Shown here in pieces: positions 9,596-17,957 of a stretch of DNA of 64,000 nucleotides (position 1 is its first letter; every line of letters starts with the position of its first letter). Below the pieces are notes generated by a model. It was given only the letters and a program-made list of their open reading frames with translations, was not told where the DNA came from and did not search any database. The stretch lies in IMG/VR virus record IMGVR_UViG_3300030376_006980, positions 1-64,000 of that record. One strand, given 5' to 3'. Origin of the DNA: a virus (lineage: Duplodnaviria > Caudoviricetes). The position numbers were made by a program, and so were the translations under genes.

Positions 9596-10204
9596 ATGAA
9601 AGAATCATCGAAAGAAAAATTTCGTGATAGCCTAGGAGATTTATTAAATGATCTACCAGATGAAGTAGAAGGTTTACAAAATAATTCTGAAGAGCTACAA
9701 CCAGTAAGAGTAGATAGTGGACAGAGTGCCGCCTTAGTTAAAGCTAAAAATAAGGCTGAATCTGTAATGAATAGTTTACTAACTTTTTATTTAAGTGAAG
9801 ATATAATTGCAGAACACGAATACATTAGAGCTAAGGCTGCTTTAGATGAATCAGCACTATCTATGTTAATAAGACAAATGCAAAATAGTGAAACTGCAAT
9901 TACTTTGTTAATGGAAACGATTCATGAAGGTGATGTATCACCTAGAATGTTTGAAGTACTTAGTGATTTACAAAGAACTCTTCTAGATATAATTAAAAGT
10001 CAAACTATGTATATGGTGGCTATAGAAGAAAATGCTAAAAAGATATCACGTGATGTAGATGTTTATCATAATACTGAAGGTTCAACATCCAATAAACAAA
10101 GTGGTATTAAATCTCGTGGAACAAAAGATTTAATGAGAGCTTTACAAGACACAATCAAAGAAGAAGATATACAAGATGTCGATGGAAATGAAAATGAAGA
10201 ATGA
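9596..10204 (+). CDS. Helical protein, possible terminase small subunit
   Basis: Position between neck and TerL only; coiled-coil character. Confidence 0.35.
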   Translation: MKESSKEKFRDSLGDLLNDLPDEVEGLQNNSEELQPVRVDSGQSAALVKAKNKAESVMNSLLTFYLSEDIIAEHEYIRAKAALDESALSMLIRQMQNSETAITLLMETIHEGDVSPRMFEVLSDLQRTLLDIIKSQTMYMVAIEENAKKISRDVDVYHNTEGSTSNKQSGIKSRGTKDLMRALQDTIKEEDIQDVDGNENEE

Positions 10205-10445
10205 TTATCTGTTAATTCAGGAAATCGAACAACACGAAACAACAACAGCGTCAGGAATAATAATTCCTGTAGAAAAGCATAATCGTAAAGCAAAAGTAAT
10301 TAATGCTGGTGGTGCTGAACATTTAAAAGCTGGCGATGTTATATTAAAAAATATGGGCAAAGGAACAATGGTTACTTTAAATGATACAGAATTTGAAGTA
10401 ATTCATATAAATCAAATTATTGCCGTTATAGAAGAAAATGCCTAG
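10176..10445 (+). CDS. groES: Co-chaperonin GroES-like (T4 gp31 analog); true start probably 10188 or 10194
   Basis: DYLLIQ, mobile loop TTASGIIIP, AKVINAG, LKAGDVIL, QIIAVIE. Confidence 0.85.
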   Translation: MSMEMKMKNDYLLIQEIEQHETTTASGIIIPVEKHNRKAKVINAGGAEHLKAGDVILKNMGKGTMVTLNDTEFEVIHINQIIAVIEENA

Positions 10446-12252
10446 ACCTCAAGCAGAATCAGCAGGATTTGAATTTAAAGTATCTAAGGGTGCAGAATCT
10501 TTTGCATGGACTAGTGATAAAGTAGAACAACTTATGCTTGCATTAGATGAAGGTTATAAACCAAAGTCAACCCCGTTTTATGAAGGTAATCCTAATTTAA
10601 GAAAAGGTAACATTGTATTTAATTATACTGCTGAAGAATTAAAGGAAATTAAAAAATGCGCAACTGACATTGTATATTTTGCAAATACTTATTGTACAGT
10701 AATGACAGATGAAGGACTGCAAACTATTTCTCTTAGGCCATACCAAGAAGAAATGCTAAGGCAGTTTCAAGCAGAAAGATTTAATGTTTGTTTAGCAAGT
10801 AGGCAAGTAGGTAAAACTATATGCTCTTCAATTTTTATCGCATGGTATTCTGTATTTAACTTTGATAAGAACTCTTTAATACTGTCAAATAAAGGTGCTA
10901 CGACGAGGGAAATTATTGATAAAGGTAAAACCATATTAGAACACTTACCTTTCTTTCTAAAGCCCGGTACATTAAAATGGGATGTATTTAATTCTAAGTT
11001 TGATAATGGTTGTAGAATAATTGGTCAGACAACTACAAAGAAAGCAGCAATTGGTTTTACTATTCATTTATTATTCATGGATGAGTTTGCTCACATACCT
11101 GCAAACTTTGTAAATACTTTTTATGAAAACGTGTATCCAACGGTATCCGCTTCACAAAACTCTAAAGTTATTATAACAAGTACTCCTAATGGCTTTAATA
11201 AATTTTATGACATTTACACAGCAGCAGAAAAAGGACTTAGTGAATATACACCTTTCCGGGTTGACTGGTGGGATGTACCTGGTAGAGACGATGCTTGGAT
11301 GCAACAAGAGGTTGCTAACTTAGGGAGTGATGAAGCATTTAACAGACAATACGGAAATCAGTTTATTGCAAATTCTTCATTATTATTAAGTGCAGCTAGT
11401 TTACAGAAGTTAACTAAAGGTCAAGTAGAATTTGTGCATCAAGAAATTCCATTATTTGAAGAAGCTGAGATTGATTATTCTGGTTTGTTATGGCATCCTA
11501 AATTTAATTTGGATGAAGTTGAAGAAGATTATAATTACTGGGTTTTCTCTGTAGATATTGCTGAAGGTACAGGTGGTGATTATTCTGTTATTAACATTTT
11601 TCAAATAAAAATGCTTGATGAAAAAGATTGGAAGGGTGTAACCACGCCTGGAAGCTTTGTTGATTTTTTCGGAATTAAACAAATAGGAAGGTTTAGAAGT
11701 AATTCCCATACCATTGAGGAATTTGCAAAAGCTCTTTATATTTTAGGGTTTGATTTGTTTTATTCAGAAAATGTAAAATTAATAATTGAATGGAATATGT
11801 TTGGTGGTGAATTAATTAAAAGATTAGAAACTGTATTTCCACAAAGAAATCAATTTGACGAAGAATCGGTTGTAAAATTTAAACATAGAGTTGATGCTAA
11901 AACAAAACGATTTGGTTTAAAAGTAAAGAAAGATAATAAACCTATATTTTGTCAAAATTTTAAAAAATATATTGCTCAGAATAAAATAAGCATCTATGAT
12001 AAAGATACTGTAAAAGAATCTTCAACATTTGGTAAACTTCCAAATGGTTCATATGCAGGCCAATTAGGTAATGATGATTTAATTATGACTTGTATAAATA
12101 GTTCTGAGTTCTTCACAACATTAGATTTTTCAGATTTTGTTGAAGAGATTTATGATGAGATAGATCCTTCAATTCAAAATAAGATAGATGAAATTCTAGA
12201 AAAAGATTCAAAGGGTGGGAATCTAAATTTTGATATCTATGACTTAGTATAA
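10438..12252 (+). CDS. terL: Terminase large subunit (T4 gp17-like)
   Basis: LRPYQ, ASRQVGKT, FMDEFAH, ITSTPNG, VDIAEGTGGDYS, NDDLIM. Confidence 0.95.
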   Translation: MPRPQAESAGFEFKVSKGAESFAWTSDKVEQLMLALDEGYKPKSTPFYEGNPNLRKGNIVFNYTAEELKEIKKCATDIVYFANTYCTVMTDEGLQTISLRPYQEEMLRQFQAERFNVCLASRQVGKTICSSIFIAWYSVFNFDKNSLILSNKGATTREIIDKGKTILEHLPFFLKPGTLKWDVFNSKFDNGCRIIGQTTTKKAAIGFTIHLLFMDEFAHIPANFVNTFYENVYPTVSASQNSKVIITSTPNGFNKFYDIYTAAEKGLSEYTPFRVDWWDVPGRDDAWMQQEVANLGSDEAFNRQYGNQFIANSSLLLSAASLQKLTKGQVEFVHQEIPLFEEAEIDYSGLLWHPKFNLDEVEEDYNYWVFSVDIAEGTGGDYSVINIFQIKMLDEKDWKGVTTPGSFVDFFGIKQIGRFRSNSHTIEEFAKALYILGFDLFYSENVKLIIEWNMFGGELIKRLETVFPQRNQFDEESVVKFKHRVDAKTKRFGLKVKKDNKPIFCQNFKKYIAQNKISIYDKDTVKESSTFGKLPNGSYAGQLGNDDLIMTCINSSEFFTTLDFSDFVEEIYDEIDPSIQNKIDEILEKDSKGGNLNFDIYDLV

Positions 12253-12311
12253 AAAGTGGATACTTGGTAGATATATAAAAAAACAAATAAACAAAAAAAA
12301 TATATTATAAG

Positions 12312-15300
12312 ATGGCACTAGATCCAAAAATAGCTTCTCTTAAGGCTGCAGGAACATACAGGTTTGAATTTGATAAAAGTCAAGTTGTAAGTATTCCAGC
12401 AAATCAAACTCGACTGGTGGTCGGTTTTTCTAAGACAGGCCCGTTCAATACACCCGTCTTTGTTCCCGATACTGCTTTCTTTAAGCAAGTATACGGTGAT
12501 ATAGATAGAAATTTAGAAAGAAAAGATTCTTTTTTCCACAGAAGCTGTTTATCAGCTCTTGAAAGAGGACCTATTCTTGCTCTTAATTTATTAGCATTAG
12601 ATGCAGAAGATAAAGTTAACGCTCTTCGTTTTGCAACTGCTGCAACACCAGAAGCACAATCAAATATTGGTGCTGATTATGAATATGCAAGATTTTATAA
12701 TAGAGATAAATTCTGGTTTCCATCAACAGACGACTTTTTAACTAATGTTGGTGCTGATACTACTCAGTTAAGTGCATTAACTGTAAATGATTTATTAGAT
12801 ATTACAAACTTAGGACAGAATCCAAAATCAGTAATTGTTAAAAAATCTGCTGCTCAAAATGTATTACCTTTCCAAGTAACTGTTGAAGAATGGTATGGTG
12901 CAGCAAATGTACCTGGGTATTTAAATAAAGATAGTTTAATTTCTGACTTCTTTGTAGATATATTTGTAATAGATGGTAATTTTGGTGGAGACTTCGGTAC
13001 AACTACTCCTTATTCAAGATTTGCATCTGATCCAATCTTTCAAAAGTATTTTTCACCAACACAAGGTTTATTAAGAAAGAAATTTGCATCAGATTCTACT
13101 GATACGTTATTACAAGAATTCTTTAATGAAACAGAAGTAACATTACAAGCAACTTATACTGCATGTTTACTTCCTGATTTTGTAGATTTATTAGGTAATA
13201 ATCTTTTTGTTGAAAAATTAGTTAATGCTGAAACTGCTTCTACTGGAATATTTGTTACAGTGAATGAAGATTTATTCGATGGTGATACATTAATTGACGG
13301 TGTACAAGGTGGAATTGATATGATAGGACATAATATTGAGTGGACACAAGCTAATTCAATTCAAGATGATGTTAACTTCTTATCATACAGTGGATCAATT
13401 GTTTCTGATTTAGCTTATGATAGAACTCAAGGAATTTCTACAACTGTAGTAAATGATACAAGTACTATTACAGTAGGAGCCCCAACAGGTGGAGGAATTC
13501 AAATACAAGTGGTTAATGCTAATACACCTAAAGATGCTATATGGGATGCTTTTTCAGGTATGAGAGCAAATACTTCTACACTAGTAGGAACGTTTATATT
13601 AGATCCTGTTGCTTTGGAATGGGTTCCAGTAACATCTGTTCAAACTTCAGGTAATACTGTAACTGTATTGTTATCAGATGCAGGTAATCCTGTTGCAGCT
13701 AACTTTCCAACTGGAGCAGCTGCGAGTTATACATTTATAAATGAAGCTGACTTTGGATTTGTAAGAAATGAAAATCCAAGCGGTGGAGCTGCTGGAATTA
13801 TCGGTTCTTATGGAACATTATTACAGGCTCAATTTGCTAACGGTACATTAACTGATGGTGATGAGGCAGTTTATAAAGATGCATTAGGTCAATATACTTC
13901 ATTCTTAGCAATGAATGCTATAGATTTTGGATGGATTATTGATGGACCAGGTGCAACTACTGCTAATAATAAATTACCAATTTCTGATAATAATTATTAT
14001 TTACCAGCAGTAAGGGTAACACCTTATCAAGAAGATTCATATACAAATCTAACTCCACAAGCTGAATTTACTATTGATGGAGCAGGTCAATTTGAAAAAT
14101 CTGATAGTACTGCATTAAATCCATTATTATTTGGACCAAATGTATTTGGTGTACAAACTTTAAAAGGTGCTCTTAACCTAACTGTAGATATTATAGGAGA
14201 TTCATTAAATGAACCAACTCTTAAACCAAATGAAATTCTTATAGCAACAAATTCACCAGAAGCTGCTGATATAGTAGTAGGAAATTATATGGTACATGAT
14301 GAAGGTGGTGTAAACGGACCTTCAAGATTAACCAGAATTAATGTTGTAGAAGGTGGATTAACACCAACAGAATATCCAATTATTCCAGCTGGGACAACTG
14401 CAATGAAAGTAACATGCCAATCTGAAATAAGTGTAACTTCACAAGGTGCTATAAAAACTATAGAGGTTTATTATCCAATTGATTCATGGGTAGATTACCT
14501 TAATGTATTTGAATTACCTGGATTTGCATTAGATGCAACTAAACATGTACCAGATGGAACAAATTCTAGACAGAATAAATGTTTAAGTCCAATTTTAGGT
14601 GGAACAAATTTATTTAAAGCTTTAATTGATAGAGAAACAATTAACTTCCGTTATGTAGTAGATACATTTGGAAATGGAATTGAGGCAAATTGTAAAGCTA
14701 TTTATACAAATTTATGTATGAGTAGAAAAAATGCATTTGCTATCGTTAATGCTCCATCGGCTAAAGACTTTAAGAAAAATACAAACCCAAGCTTTACAGA
14801 TGCAATTGGCGGTTTATCATCTAAGTTTATATCTGAAGGTGGAAACCTTGCATTGAATCCAACAGTTAGATTCTCATTACCTTCTGCAACAAGCGGAGGT
14901 TCATTTGGTGGATATTATTATCCATTCTTAACTGTTAGAGATTTAGGAAAGAACATAAGTGTTCCTCCTGCTGCAAATGTATCAAATAACTTTATTCTTA
15001 AATATGAAAACGCATTACCTTGGTCAATCGTGGCAGGTGTAAGACGTGGAGTAATAGGCGGAAATGGAGTTGTAGGATTAGAAATTAATCTTGATCAAGA
15101 AGATCGTTTCTTCTTAGAGCCATTTGGAATCAATCCAATTGTATTCCAAAGTGGAACAGGGCCAACTATCTTTGCAAATAAAACTGCACAACAGGTTCCG
15201 AAATCTGCATTAAGCTCAATTAATGTTAGAGAGGTTGTAATTTATATCCAAGATGGTATAGAAGCAATTTTGAAAAACTACTTATTTGAATTTAATACAG

Positions 15301-15539
15301 CTCAAACAAGGTTAGAAATAAAAACATTAGCTGATAACTTCTTAGCAACTGTTCAAAATGATGATGGTGTATTTGATTTTAGAAATATAATGGATGAAAC
15401 TAATAACACACCAGAGGTCATTGATCAAAATGTAGGTATCCTAGATACATATATTGAACCAGTAAGAGGAATGGAAATTTTAGTACAAAGAACAACTATT
15501 TTAAGAACTGGAGCAATTAGTTCAGGAAACTTCCAATAA
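12312..15539 (+). CDS. gp18: Contractile tail sheath protein (gp18-like), enlarged to 1075 aa
   Basis: N-terminal AAGTYRFEFD; C-terminal GINPI, SALSSINVR, YLFEFNTAQTR, NNTPEVIDQN. Confidence 0.92.
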   Translation: MALDPKIASLKAAGTYRFEFDKSQVVSIPANQTRLVVGFSKTGPFNTPVFVPDTAFFKQVYGDIDRNLERKDSFFHRSCLSALERGPILALNLLALDAEDKVNALRFATAATPEAQSNIGADYEYARFYNRDKFWFPSTDDFLTNVGADTTQLSALTVNDLLDITNLGQNPKSVIVKKSAAQNVLPFQVTVEEWYGAANVPGYLNKDSLISDFFVDIFVIDGNFGGDFGTTTPYSRFASDPIFQKYFSPTQGLLRKKFASDSTDTLLQEFFNETEVTLQATYTACLLPDFVDLLGNNLFVEKLVNAETASTGIFVTVNEDLFDGDTLIDGVQGGIDMIGHNIEWTQANSIQDDVNFLSYSGSIVSDLAYDRTQGISTTVVNDTSTITVGAPTGGGIQIQVVNANTPKDAIWDAFSGMRANTSTLVGTFILDPVALEWVPVTSVQTSGNTVTVLLSDAGNPVAANFPTGAAASYTFINEADFGFVRNENPSGGAAGIIGSYGTLLQAQFANGTLTDGDEAVYKDALGQYTSFLAMNAIDFGWIIDGPGATTANNKLPISDNNYYLPAVRVTPYQEDSYTNLTPQAEFTIDGAGQFEKSDSTALNPLLFGPNVFGVQTLKGALNLTVDIIGDSLNEPTLKPNEILIATNSPEAADIVVGNYMVHDEGGVNGPSRLTRINVVEGGLTPTEYPIIPAGTTAMKVTCQSEISVTSQGAIKTIEVYYPIDSWVDYLNVFELPGFALDATKHVPDGTNSRQNKCLSPILGGTNLFKALIDRETINFRYVVDTFGNGIEANCKAIYTNLCMSRKNAFAIVNAPSAKDFKKNTNPSFTDAIGGLSSKFISEGGNLALNPTVRFSLPSATSGGSFGGYYYPFLTVRDLGKNISVPPAANVSNNFILKYENALPWSIVAGVRRGVIGGNGVVGLEINLDQEDRFFLEPFGINPIVFQSGTGPTIFANKTAQQVPKSALSSINVREVVIYIQDGIEAILKNYLFEFNTAQTRLEIKTLADNFLATVQNDDGVFDFRNIMDETNNTPEVIDQNVGILDTYIEPVRGMEILVQRTTILRTGAISSGNFQ

Positions 15540-15579
15540 GAAGATAAAGAAGACGAATATATAAAAAAACAAATAAAAT

Positions 15580-16134
15580 ATGCCACTACCACATTATACC
15601 CAATCAAGGGCCAGTAGCCAAAGGTATGAACCTATTCAGCCTAACCTATTTGAGGTGACTGTATTTTCACCACTAGGGGATGATACGGGTTTAATCCTAG
15701 AGCAAGTAAAGTCTATTGGAGGTTTAAATAACTTAAATCCATCAATTGATGCCGTAAATCAAAAATACAAGTTTGCTGATAGATCTTATGCAGGTATGCC
15801 AGCACAGACGTTTGTTGATTTAACTCTTAACTTCAGTCTTAACTTGAATGAAGCTAACGAAAACTACATCTACAATACTTTCCGTAATTGGAATAATTTA
15901 ATCTATGATCCATTAACAGGTGAAATGGGGTTAAAGAAAGATTATGTAGGAAGTATGATTGTAGTTCAATATAACAGAGCAGGTGATATTTTCAGAAAGA
16001 TTACATTTAAAGATGTATTCCCAACTGGACAACCTGATTTTGTGGATGAATTGAATTATGAAACTCAAGATCCTGCTGAATTAACAATGACTTATCGTTG
16101 TGATCACTGGGTTGAAGAGAACGTAGGAGCATAA
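15580..16134 (+). CDS. gp19: Tail tube protein (gp19-like)
   Basis: Follows sheath; EPIQPNLFEV, FRNWNNLIYDP, FKDVFPT, LTMTYRCDHW. Confidence 0.85.
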   Translation: MPLPHYTQSRASSQRYEPIQPNLFEVTVFSPLGDDTGLILEQVKSIGGLNNLNPSIDAVNQKYKFADRSYAGMPAQTFVDLTLNFSLNLNEANENYIYNTFRNWNNLIYDPLTGEMGLKKDYVGSMIVVQYNRAGDIFRKITFKDVFPTGQPDFVDELNYETQDPAELTMTYRCDHWVEENVGA

Positions 16135-16141
16135 AACTATT

Positions 16142-16177
16142 AAAAACTGGGATTAGTAAAATATTCCCAGTTTTTTT
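16142..16177 (+). terminator. Rho-independent terminator after tube gene
   Basis: AAAAACTGGGA...TCCCAGTTTTT plus T tract. Confidence 0.85.
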
Positions 16178-16218
16178 GTCCTCACTCTAATATATAATAT
16201 AAAATATATAATATAGAA

Positions 16219-16689
16219 ATGATAATCTATAAACTACAACAGAACAAAACAAACAAAGTTTATGTAGGATATTCGGTAAATGATAATCCTAATAACTACG
16301 GAACTGGTAAATACATCAAAAGAGCAGTTAAAGATTTTGGTACTAAAGCTTTTAAAAGAGAAGTATTAGAAGTTTTTGATAATGATGAATCTTTAAGTGA
16401 TGTTTTAAAAAGAGTTGAATATTGGATTAATAAATACAAATCCGATAATCCTAAATATGGTTTTAATGAAACAGTACAAGAATTAGTTCCTCAGAAAAAA
16501 AGACTTACTAAAAAATTACAGGTTTTACTAACACCTGAAGACGAAGATAGTCTAAATACAATAATTATACAAAAATCAATGGAAAACGGTACAAAACCTG
16601 TAGCCATTTCTAGATATGTAAGACAATTAATAGTAGAACATATCGTTGATGAAAATAAAATTGAAAAACAATTAATAAAAAACAATTAA
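16219..16689 (+). CDS. GIY-YIG-like domain fused to a ribbon-helix-helix-like C-terminus
   Basis: IIY..VYVG, YGTGKYIKRAVKDFG, FKREVLE, YWI, YGFN; C-terminal KKLQVLL-helix-ISRYVRQLI. Confidence 0.65.
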   Translation: MIIYKLQQNKTNKVYVGYSVNDNPNNYGTGKYIKRAVKDFGTKAFKREVLEVFDNDESLSDVLKRVEYWINKYKSDNPKYGFNETVQELVPQKKRLTKKLQVLLTPEDEDSLNTIIIQKSMENGTKPVAISRYVRQLIVEHIVDENKIEKQLIKNN

Positions 16690-16692
16690 AAA

Positions 16693-17691
16693 ATGTCAAA
16701 AGAGCACGAAGAAAATATTAAAAAGGAATTTGCTGCTGCCGAAGGAATTGCAGTAGAGGCTACAGAAACTCCTAAAGAAACTGTTAAAGATTTAGGAAAG
16801 GTAGATGTACAAAGACAAATGGATCATACATCCCCAGATGATCCAGAAATAAAAAGATTAAATTCATTAGTAGGTTATACTAAGTTAGATTTAAATCAAT
16901 TTCCATCAGGTGGAGCATTCTATAGAGATGATTTTGAAATTCATATTAGAGCTGCAAAGGTTGCTGAAATTAGAGCATTCTCTACATTAGATGAAAATAA
17001 CCTAAAAGAAGTAGATGATGGATTAAACAACATAGTTTTATCATGTACTAAAATAATGTATGGTAATCAAAGAGGATCTTATAAAGATATTTTAGAGGAA
17101 GATAGAATTTATTTAATTTTAGCAATTAGAGAATTAACATTTAAAACAGGTGAACAAACATTAATGATGCCAGTAGGTAAAAAATCTTGTAAAACTTCAC
17201 AGTGCAAATCACAAGAATCAGTGGAGTTAAGAACTGAGAATCTACAATTTAATAATGTAGTAGAGTCCATCGAAAAATACTATGATCCAGCAGATAAATG
17301 TTATACTATAACTACAAAGAGTTATGGTGAAATAAAAATGGCACCACCTACTATCGGTGTTATGAGGGCCATAACTGAATATATCAGAGATAGAGAAGAG
17401 AAAAACCAGAGTTGGGATAAATCTACATTAGCTATCTTGCCTTATCTACAAAGAGAGTGGAGAGGATGGAATGAAAAAGATATTTTTGCAAAGATTACAT
17501 CCTTTCAAGGTTGGGATGCTACTAAATATACAATTGTATATAGATTAGCTGAAGATATGAAAGTTGGTGTTAAACCTGAAATGGGATTCCCATGTAAAAG
17601 CTGCGGTGAGGAGGTCACCGTTCCGCTGACGTTTCCCGGCGGCATCAAGGCTCTCTTCATTATTCCAGATATCTCTTCTGAACTTTTATAA
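16693..17691 (+). CDS. Baseplate hub / tail assembly chaperone (T4 gp26/gp51-like)
   Basis: Upstream of tape measure; RAAKVAEI, C-terminal CKSC zinc motif, LTFPGGIKALF ending. Confidence 0.65.
   Translation: MSKEHEENIKKEFAAAEGIAVEATETPKETVKDLGKVDVQRQMDHTSPDDPEIKRLNSLVGYTKLDLNQFPSGGAFYRDDFEIHIRAAKVAEIRAFSTLDENNLKEVDDGLNNIVLSCTKIMYGNQRGSYKDILEEDRIYLILAIRELTFKTGEQTLMMPVGKKSCKTSQCKSQESVELRTENLQFNNVVESIEKYYDPADKCYTITTKSYGEIKMAPPTIGVMRAITEYIRDREEKNQSWDKSTLAILPYLQREWRGWNEKDIFAKITSFQGWDATKYTIVYRLAEDMKVGVKPEMGFPCKSCGEEVTVPLTFPGGIKALFIIPDISSELL
17604..17642 (+). other. Putative programmed +1 frameshift signal (two GC hairpins, TTT CCC G)
   Basis: CGGTGA-GGAGG-TCACCG and CCGCTG-ACGTTTCC-CGGCGG; +1 frame open 17630..17941 with no upstream ATG. 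Confidence 0.6.
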
Positions 17692-17941
17692 AGTTAGAGT
17701 TTTATTATTAGAAAAGTTGCATCTCCAGCCTACCGAGCTGGATTTGCTACCTTTTTATGAGTATGAGTATACTCTAGAAATTTATAATGATCTATTAAAA
17801 GAGCGTAATAAACAAGAGCAACAAAATACTAAAGATGCAGAAGATAAATATAATGTATCAGGTATGCAAAGACAAGCATCTAAGAATATGAGTCAATATA
17901 AAGCTCCTAGGATGCCTGCAATTAAAATGCCTAAACTATAA
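17630..17941 (+). CDS. Second (probably frameshift-fused) part of the tail chaperone; track start 17717 is TTG
   Basis: SLLNFYKVRVLLLEKLHLQPTELDLLPFYEYEY resembles the T4-like SLENYY...YSLTELENMxPWE segment, and the resemblance begins upstream of the TTG. Confidence 0.6.
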   Translation, partial: RFPAASRLSSLFQISLLNFYKVRVLLLEKLHLQPTELDLLPFYEYEYTLEIYNDLLKERNKQEQQNTKDAEDKYNVSGMQRQASKNMSQYKAPRMPAIKMPKL

Positions 17942-17957
17942 AAATAAAATCTAACAA

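Noticed and set aside
17686-17710. Ribosome hop from TTA(17686) over the TAA to TTA TTA TTA in the next frame
   Set aside because: Possible, but the family-like sequence of the second frame starts upstream of the stop, favouring an earlier shift at TTT CCC G.
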